DNA from: Fibrobacter succinogenes subsp. succinogenes S85
GTDB taxonomy: Bacteria; Fibrobacterota; Fibrobacteria; Fibrobacterales; Fibrobacteraceae
Direction: 5' to 3'
DNA: 32,000 bases
NCBI RefSeq assembly: GCF_000146505.1
Contig: NC_017448.1
Coordinates: forward strand, 3,420,001-3,452,000
Part shown: one piece after another, positions 23,953 to 29,455 of the stretch
Position numbering within the stretch: position 1 is the stretch's first letter
Layout of the letters: each line of letters begins with the position of its first letter
The notes under the pieces: model-generated
Databases searched by the model: none
What the model was told of the DNA's origin: nothing
The model's input: only the letters and a program-made list of their open reading frames with translations
Translations under genes and position numbers: made by a program

Positions 23953-24001
23953 TTAGAACTTAGAACTTAGAGCTTAGAACTTAGAGCTTAGAACTTAGAG
24001 C
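23953..24001 (-). repeat. seven tandem heptamers (TTAGAAC/TTAGAGC) abutting the activator start codon
   Basis: The plus strand reads TTAGAAC TTAGAAC TTAGAGC TTAGAAC TTAGAGC TTAGAAC TTAGAGC. The coding strand reads TCTAAGT/TCTAAGC units ending TCTAAA-ATG (start 23951). Confidence 0.9.
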
Positions 24002-24016
24002 GCTCTTTTATCAAGA

Positions 24017-24052
24017 TCTTCTAAGATCTGCCAACTAAGATCTAAGTTCTGA
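24017..24052. repeat. inverted-orientation arm of the same repeat family
   Basis: TCTTCTAAGATCTGCCAACTAAGATCTAAGTTCTGA. CTAAGTTCT (24042-24050) is the reverse complement of AGAACTTAG in the left array. The CTAAGATCTGCCAA unit also occurs at 29423-29450 as the variant CTAAGTTCTGCCAA. Confidence 0.8.
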
Positions 24053-24067
24053 TGAATCTTGTTGATG

Positions 24068-24874
24068 CTATTTTCCCAATTCCTTGCTGCGGTTCGTGCC
24101 GGCGACAACAGCCTTGATAAGCGTGCTGCGGAATGCGCCTTCTTCGAGGGCGTCGATGCCTGCGATGGTTGTGCCTGCCGGAGAGCAAACCATAGCGCAG
24201 AGGTCGCTCGGGCTCTTGCCGGACTGCTTCACGAGTTCGACGCTGCCTTCAATGGTGCCGAGAGCGAGCTTCAAAGCGACATCGCGGGTGAGGCCTGCCT
24301 TCACGCCACCGCGGGTAAGGCCTTCGATGAATTCAAAGACGTATGCCGGGGCGCTGCCGGAAAGTCCGGTCACGGCGTCAATGAGGGATTCTGCAACGCG
24401 GCAGGTCACGCCGATGTTGCCAAAGATTTCTTCGGCGAGCTTGAGCGTTTCTTCGGAGACGCCGTCGGTGGCGAGGCCAACGGAGCCCTTGCCAACAGTG
24501 AGTGGCAAGTTCGGCATCACGCGGAGCACCTGGTTCTTTTCACCGAGCACTTCGATGAGGCTCTTGCGGGCGACACCGGCCATGATGCTGATGAACGTCT
24601 TTTCGCTCTTGAGTGCGGATGCTGCAGCCTTCCATTCGGCGGCGACGAGCTTGAAAATCTGCGGCTTGACGCAGAGGAACGTGACGTTAGCCTTTTCAAT
24701 GCCTTCGGCAAAGCTCTTGACGCGGACGCAACCGAGGGCGCTCACAGCTTCGGCAGCCTTGTCGCTTGGGTCAAAGAAGAAAATGTTCTTGGCGTCTGTG
24801 CCTGCGTTCAAAAGACCGCGGAGGATGGCTCCGCCCATGTTACCAGTACCGGCAAAGAAAATCGTTGTGTTCAT
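24068..24874 (-). CDS. proC: pyrroline-5-carboxylate reductase
   Basis: 268 aa. The NAD(P)-binding N-terminus is IFFAGTGNMGGAILRGLL. The C-terminal dimerisation domain shows SPAGTTIAGIDALEEGAFRS. Confidence 0.93.
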   Translation of the reverse strand: MNTTIFFAGTGNMGGAILRGLLNAGTDAKNIFFFDPSDKAAEAVSALGCVRVKSFAEGIEKANVTFLCVKPQIFKLVAAEWKAAASALKSEKTFISIMAGVARKSLIEVLGEKNQVLRVMPNLPLTVGKGSVGLATDGVSEETLKLAEEIFGNIGVTCRVAESLIDAVTGLSGSAPAYVFEFIEGLTRGGVKAGLTRDVALKLALGTIEGSVELVKQSGKSPSDLCAMVCSPAGTTIAGIDALEEGAFRSTLIKAVVAGTNRSKELGK

Positions 24875-24965
24875 TTTTATTCCTTTTTTAAAGCTTTATG
24901 GATTGCTTCGTTGCTTTGCAACTCGCAATGACGTTACGATGGTAAACGTAAAAATTTTTCGCTTG

Positions 24966-25000
24966 TAAAAAAAGAACAGCCCGCGCATTTGGCGGGCTGT
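24966..25000 (-). terminator. intrinsic terminator after rho
   Basis: A 9-bp stem, ACAGCCCGC (24976-24984) with GCGGGCTGT (24992-25000). On the minus strand TTCTTTTTTT follows. A second small hairpin, TTGGCG/CGCCAA, lies at 25001-25019. Confidence 0.78.
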
Positions 25001-25026
25001 TTGGCGGAGATTTCGCCAAATTTGTA

Positions 25027-27096
25027 TTAGACTTTCGGTTTGGAGAGAACGGCGAGGAGTTCTGCGTTTGTCTTGAGCTTGCTCATGAGCTTGAGCAGGT
25101 TCTCCATGATGCCTGTTTCCGTCTCGTTCTGGCTACCGCGTCTGAAGTTCCAGGCGGCATTCTGTTCAAGGAGCGTGAGCAAGCGTTCTTCCTTACGGGT
25201 GCCAGACTTGAACACGTCAATGGCGGGCCAAATGCGCTTTTCGGCGATGCGGCGGTCAAGCACGAGTTCCATGTTGCCGGTGCCCTTGAATTCTTCGAAA
25301 ATTACTTCGTCCATGCGGCTGCCCGTTTCGATAAGAGCTGTACCGATGATAGTGAGGGAACCGTTCTTCTGGACTTCTTCGCTAATTGTGCCGTCTTCAT
25401 TCTTGACGGTGCGAATCTTGTCCTGAATCTTACGGGCGGCACCGAAGAATTTCTTCGGGAACTGCATGGCGTTTGCGTCCACACCGCCAGACAAAATCTT
25501 GCCGGAGTGCGGAATCACAACGTTGTTTGCTCGGGCGAAACGCGTGATGGAGTCAAGCAAAATTACGACGTCCTTCTGGCTTTCGACGAGGCGCTTTGCC
25601 TTTTCCAAAACCATGTTGGCGACGCGGGTGTGGTGCTCAGGTGGTTCATCGAAAGTAGATGCGACAACTTCAGCCTTGATTTCAATTCCCTTTTCTGCTG
25701 CCTTTTCCTTGATGTCCGTGATGATGTCGCGCATTTCCGTGACTTCTTCCGGGCGTTCGTCGATGAGGAGCGTGATGAGGATGATTTCAGGATGGTTCTT
25801 TGCAATAGCGCGGGTCACGTTCTGCAGGAGAACGGTCTTACCGGTACGCGGAGGAGCGAGGATGATACTGCGCTGGCCCTTACCGATCGGGGAGAACAAG
25901 TCCATGATACGGGTGCTGTATTCCGTTTCGTTCCATTCAAGGTGGATCTTTTCTTCCGGGTGGATCGGTGTTAAATATTCAAAAGCAACGCGGCGGCGCA
26001 TCTTGTCCGGTTCTTCAAAGTTCACGCGGTCGATGCGGCGCATGGAGAAGTACTTGTCTTGATCGCGAGGTGTGCGGACAAGACCTTCAATCGTATCGCC
26101 AATCTTGAGGTTGAATTTACGGATAAGGTTTTGGCTCACGTAAACGTCGTCGGCGCTGGTCTGGTAGTTCTGATCCGGCATGCGGAGGAATCCGTGGCCC
26201 TGCGGTGTCACTTCAAGAACGCCTTCCGTATAAATTATATTGCCTTCGTTTTCGAGGCTCTGCAATATGTAGTTGAGGGACTGTTTCCTCATTCTGCGGA
26301 AGTCCACTTCCTTTTGCACGGCGAGTTCCTGGAGTTCGCTCATGGAGAGCTTGCGGAACTTGAGCCAGTTTTCCTTTGCCTTTAAAATAGCTTCGGAACC
26401 CGGTGCCGGGAGCGTTGCAGAGTCGTCGACAAATTCTTCTTGCTGCTGGAAATTGCGGTTGTTGCGGTTGTTCTTGTTGAACTTGTTGTTCTTATTGAAC
26501 TTGTTGAATTTACCGTTCTGGTTATTGAAGCGGCGGTCATCTTGACCTTCGCCGTTCTGAGCCTGGGCTTCACCTTGCTGCTGGGCGTTCGGATCTGCAT
26601 TTTGATCGGTGGCAACTTCACCTTGGTTTTCTGCTTGAGCCTGAGCCATATCGCCATTCTGCGGGATAACGGCTTCGCTGGTGTTTTCGCTTACGAATGC
26701 GTTTTCTTCGGTAGATTCGGCTGGTTTGTAGTTCTGTTCGCCGGTGTAAATCGGTTCTGCAATTGCATCGATGTTTGCTACACCGTACTGTTCGGCGAGG
26801 CGCTTTTCGGCGGCGGCAATGCCATCAACCGGCTGCTTCTTTTCTTGAAATTCTGGTTCGGTTTCGGCTTGGACGTTCTGTTCTAAAGCAGGTTCTTTGC
26901 GTGCCTTCGTCTTAGGATTTGGTTTTCTGCCTCGGCGCTTAGGTTGAGGAACTTCTTCGGTGTTGTCCGGCAGTTTGTCAACCGTTCCTAAATATTCGGG
27001 AACAGGGATGCCTGTGCTTTCGGGGTAAACGAGATCCGTCAAAGACTGGGTTTGTGTATTTTGTTCTAAATTCTGATTTTTAGGCGTTCTTGGCAC
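25027..27096 (-). CDS. rho: transcription termination factor Rho with a ~245-aa low-complexity N-terminal extension
   Basis: 689 aa. The Rho_N helix bundle starts near aa 250 (SMSELQELAVQKEVDFRRMRKQ), followed by the cold-shock-like RNA-binding domain and the ATPase (GKGQRSIILAPPRTGKTVLLQ, ALIETGSRMDEVIFEEFKGTGNMELVLDR). GTG start at 27096. Confidence 0.95.
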   Translation of the reverse strand: MPRTPKNQNLEQNTQTQSLTDLVYPESTGIPVPEYLGTVDKLPDNTEEVPQPKRRGRKPNPKTKARKEPALEQNVQAETEPEFQEKKQPVDGIAAAEKRLAEQYGVANIDAIAEPIYTGEQNYKPAESTEENAFVSENTSEAVIPQNGDMAQAQAENQGEVATDQNADPNAQQQGEAQAQNGEGQDDRRFNNQNGKFNKFNKNNKFNKNNRNNRNFQQQEEFVDDSATLPAPGSEAILKAKENWLKFRKLSMSELQELAVQKEVDFRRMRKQSLNYILQSLENEGNIIYTEGVLEVTPQGHGFLRMPDQNYQTSADDVYVSQNLIRKFNLKIGDTIEGLVRTPRDQDKYFSMRRIDRVNFEEPDKMRRRVAFEYLTPIHPEEKIHLEWNETEYSTRIMDLFSPIGKGQRSIILAPPRTGKTVLLQNVTRAIAKNHPEIILITLLIDERPEEVTEMRDIITDIKEKAAEKGIEIKAEVVASTFDEPPEHHTRVANMVLEKAKRLVESQKDVVILLDSITRFARANNVVIPHSGKILSGGVDANAMQFPKKFFGAARKIQDKIRTVKNEDGTISEEVQKNGSLTIIGTALIETGSRMDEVIFEEFKGTGNMELVLDRRIAEKRIWPAIDVFKSGTRKEERLLTLLEQNAAWNFRRGSQNETETGIMENLLKLMSKLKTNAELLAVLSKPKV

Positions 27097-27326
27097 GATA
27101 GCGTCCTATAATTAGATATTTCAAAAAATGAAATAGACTATATAGTGAAATGATAATAAGGGCGATTAACCCCAATAATTTATTTAATGATATTAATATT
27201 ATGTCCCGAAATAGCGGAACGGCTTAAAAGATACATTAAATTTTGTGAAATGTCATAAAAAAATTTTTTTTATAAAAAAATAGCAACTAACGATTATTTT
27301 CAAGGTTCTACCCGCTAAGTTCTCTT

Positions 27327-27360
27327 TACTGCCTACCGTCTACTTCCTACTGTCTACTCT
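27327..27360 (+). repeat. five heptad-phased units (TACTGCC TACCGTC TACTTCC TACTGTC TACTCT) upstream of folK
   Basis: The 7-nt periodicity is seen directly. CTAAGTTCT (27315-27323), the motif of the 23.9-kb and 29.4-kb repeats, precedes it, and AAAAAATG follows it. Confidence 0.75.
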
Positions 27361-27382
27361 AAAAAATGACTATATTTGTGGC

Positions 27383-27892
27383 GTGGATTCTTTAAATAGA
27401 GTATATATAGCACTCGGAAGCAATCTTCCAGACCGATCGGCCCACTTGAAAGCCGGGAGGGACATGCTTCACCGCGTGAGCGCGGGTGGCTGGGTCGAAA
27501 GCCCGATTTACGAGACTCCTCCAGTCGGACCGGAGGGGCAGGGGCCATATTTTAACCAGGTTGTGAGCTTCTGGTACGATGGTGATCCGATAAAGCTACT
27601 CTATTATTTAAAAGGCTCCGAGCTTATTCTTGGGCGCAAGGACCGCGGTCACTGGAATTCCAGAGAAGTGGATTTAGATTTGCTGTTCTTTGGACGTGAA
27701 GTTTGTGAAGGGCGCCCGACGATTCCTCATTCGCAGATTTACAACCGCCAGTTCGTTCTCGTGCCTCTTTGCGACATCGCTCCGGACTGGGTGGACCCGA
27801 AGACGAACAAGACCGTGAAGGACTTGCTTTCGGATTTGCTCGCGAAAGAAGAAAAGATTCCGTTCCGCGTCATTGAAGGGGAGGAACCCTGA
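27383..27892 (+). CDS. folK: 2-amino-4-hydroxy-6-hydroxymethyldihydropteridine diphosphokinase (HPPK)
   Basis: 169 aa with VYIALGSNLPDRSAHL, YETPPVG, DLDLLFFG and RQFVLVPLCDIAPDW. GTG start. The stop overlaps the next ATG as TGATG. Confidence 0.88.
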   Translation: MDSLNRVYIALGSNLPDRSAHLKAGRDMLHRVSAGGWVESPIYETPPVGPEGQGPYFNQVVSFWYDGDPIKLLYYLKGSELILGRKDRGHWNSREVDLDLLFFGREVCEGRPTIPHSQIYNRQFVLVPLCDIAPDWVDPKTNKTVKDLLSDLLAKEEKIPFRVIEGEEP

Positions 27893-28542
27893 TGCTTGCT
27901 GACAAGAACATTCATTTTATGGCGATCGAAGGCGTCATTGGCGTAGGAAAGACATCGCTTTGCCGAGCCATTAGTGAACGCTGGAACGCAATGTTCATCG
28001 AAGAGAACTTTGCCGAAAACCCGTTCCTCCCGAAGTTCTATGAGAATCGTGCGGCATACGCTTTCCAGACGCAGCTTTTCTTTTTGCTAGACCGCTTTAA
28101 GCAGCTTCAGAATTCTGCCTTGCAGAGCGACCTCTTCCACGATTTGTTGGTGAGCGACTATACGTTTGACAAAGACCGCATCTTTGCTTCGCAGAACCTC
28201 ACGGAAAATGAAATGACGATGTACGACCAGGTGTCGAACGCCTTGGTCCATGATATCCGCAAGCCGGATTACGTTGTCTATTTACAGGCAAGCGTCTCTA
28301 CACTTTTACAACGCATCAGGGGCCGTGGCCGTGCCATGGAAAAGTCCATTGACGGCAACTACCTGAGCGACTTGCAGGACCGTTATGACCATCATTTTTG
28401 GCATTATACCGACGCTCCTGTGCTCATAATCAATACTGATAATATCGATTTTGTCCATAACGAAAGCCATTTGCAAATTGTGCTGAACGCGATTGCGTCC
28501 TGCCCGAGTCAAACGACTTATTTTGTTCCAGAAGGTAACTAA
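27892..28542 (+). CDS. deoxynucleoside kinase family protein
   Basis: 216 aa. The P-loop is IEGVIGVGKTSL. ENPFLPKFY, FQTQLFFLLDRF and a LID-like RIRGRGRAMEK are typical of dAK/dGK-type kinases. Confidence 0.85.
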   Translation: MLADKNIHFMAIEGVIGVGKTSLCRAISERWNAMFIEENFAENPFLPKFYENRAAYAFQTQLFFLLDRFKQLQNSALQSDLFHDLLVSDYTFDKDRIFASQNLTENEMTMYDQVSNALVHDIRKPDYVVYLQASVSTLLQRIRGRGRAMEKSIDGNYLSDLQDRYDHHFWHYTDAPVLIINTDNIDFVHNESHLQIVLNAIASCPSQTTYFVPEGN

Positions 28543-28544
28543 TC

Positions 28545-29396
28545 ATGCAGATAATTAAGTCTATCGATTCCCTACGTCAAACGCTTGCTCCTCTTGCGAA
28601 GGAAGGGAAAAGAATCGGTCTCGTTCCAACGATGGGGGCTCTCCATGAAGGTCATGGCGCTCTTATCAAGGCATCCGTGAGCGAATGCGATGTGACTGTT
28701 GTAAGTGTATTTCTGAACCCGATCCAGTTTGGTAAAAACGAAGACCTGGACAAGTATCCGAAGCGCCTGGAAGCTGATGCGAAGCTTGCTGAATCCATTG
28801 GTGCCGATTTCGTTTTTGCCCCGTCCGTTGAAGAAATGTACCCCGATGGCGACCCGATGACGCTTGTCCGTGATGAAGCTCTCGAAGGCATGTACTGCGG
28901 CGCTTACCGTCCGGGACATTTCCGTGGCGTCTTGACGGTTGTTTCCAAGCTGTTCCTCATTTCTGGTGCAAACGACGCCTACTTTGGCGAAAAGGATTAC
29001 CAGCAGGTTTTCTTGATCGAAAGAATGGTGAAGGACTTGAACTTTAATATCAAGATTCATCGCGTGAAGATTGTGCGTGAAGAAAGCGGCCTTGCCCGCT
29101 CTAGCCGTAACGAATACTTGACGGACGAAGAACGCGCTCAGGCTCTCGGCATCTACAACGGCTTGAAGGCCGCTCATGATGCTTATGCCGCAGGCGAACG
29201 TTGCGTCACTAAGATTCGCGATATCGTCGTGAAGTCGATTGTGGCTGCTCGCGGTGCAGTGCAGTATGTGGAAGTCGCGAGCCAAAAGAACTTGCAGAAG
29301 TGCAATGGCGTGCTTGCTGCCGATGAAAAGGCGGTGATTCTTGTTGCCGCCTTCTTCGGAAAGACCCGCCTTATCGACAATATCGAGCTTAATTAG
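28545..29396 (+). CDS. panC: pantoate--beta-alanine ligase
   Basis: 283 aa with GLVPTMGALHEGHGALI, SVFLNPIQFG, FGEKDYQQ and GLARSSRN. Confidence 0.95.
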   Translation: MQIIKSIDSLRQTLAPLAKEGKRIGLVPTMGALHEGHGALIKASVSECDVTVVSVFLNPIQFGKNEDLDKYPKRLEADAKLAESIGADFVFAPSVEEMYPDGDPMTLVRDEALEGMYCGAYRPGHFRGVLTVVSKLFLISGANDAYFGEKDYQQVFLIERMVKDLNFNIKIHRVKIVREESGLARSSRNEYLTDEERAQALGIYNGLKAAHDAYAAGERCVTKIRDIVVKSIVAARGAVQYVEVASQKNLQKCNGVLAADEKAVILVAAFFGKTRLIDNIELN

Positions 29397-29455
29397 AACT
29401 TAGAACTTAGACATTGTATCTTCTAAGTTCTGCCAACTAAGTTCTGCCAACTACT
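29393..29455. repeat. nine heptad-phased units filling the panC / cyclase convergent spacer
   Basis: TTAGAAC TTAGAAC TTAGACA TTGTATC TTCTAAG TTCTGCC AACTAAG TTCTGCC AACTACT. AGAACTTAGA (29402-29411) pairs with TCTAAGTTCT (29422-29431). The 14-mer CTAAGTTCTGCCAA is tandemly duplicated (29423-29450). The array overlaps both stop codons. Confidence 0.85.

Noticed and set aside
23953-24001. Tandem repeat array considered as a CRISPR-like or coding repeat
   Set aside because: The units are 7 nt with no spacers and no cas genes in the window. The array lies outside any credible ORF (only the tail of a shadow ORF enters it).
24059-24968. Two long plus-strand ORFs (290 and 294 aa) opposite proC
   Set aside because: Both are Ala/Arg/Ser-rich shadow frames of a canonical ProC with a clear NAD(P)-binding motif. 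Neither has an RBS, and both start inside the repeat spacer.
28572-29285. 237-aa reverse ORF opposite panC
   Set aside because: It is a shadow frame of a confidently identified pantothenate synthetase.
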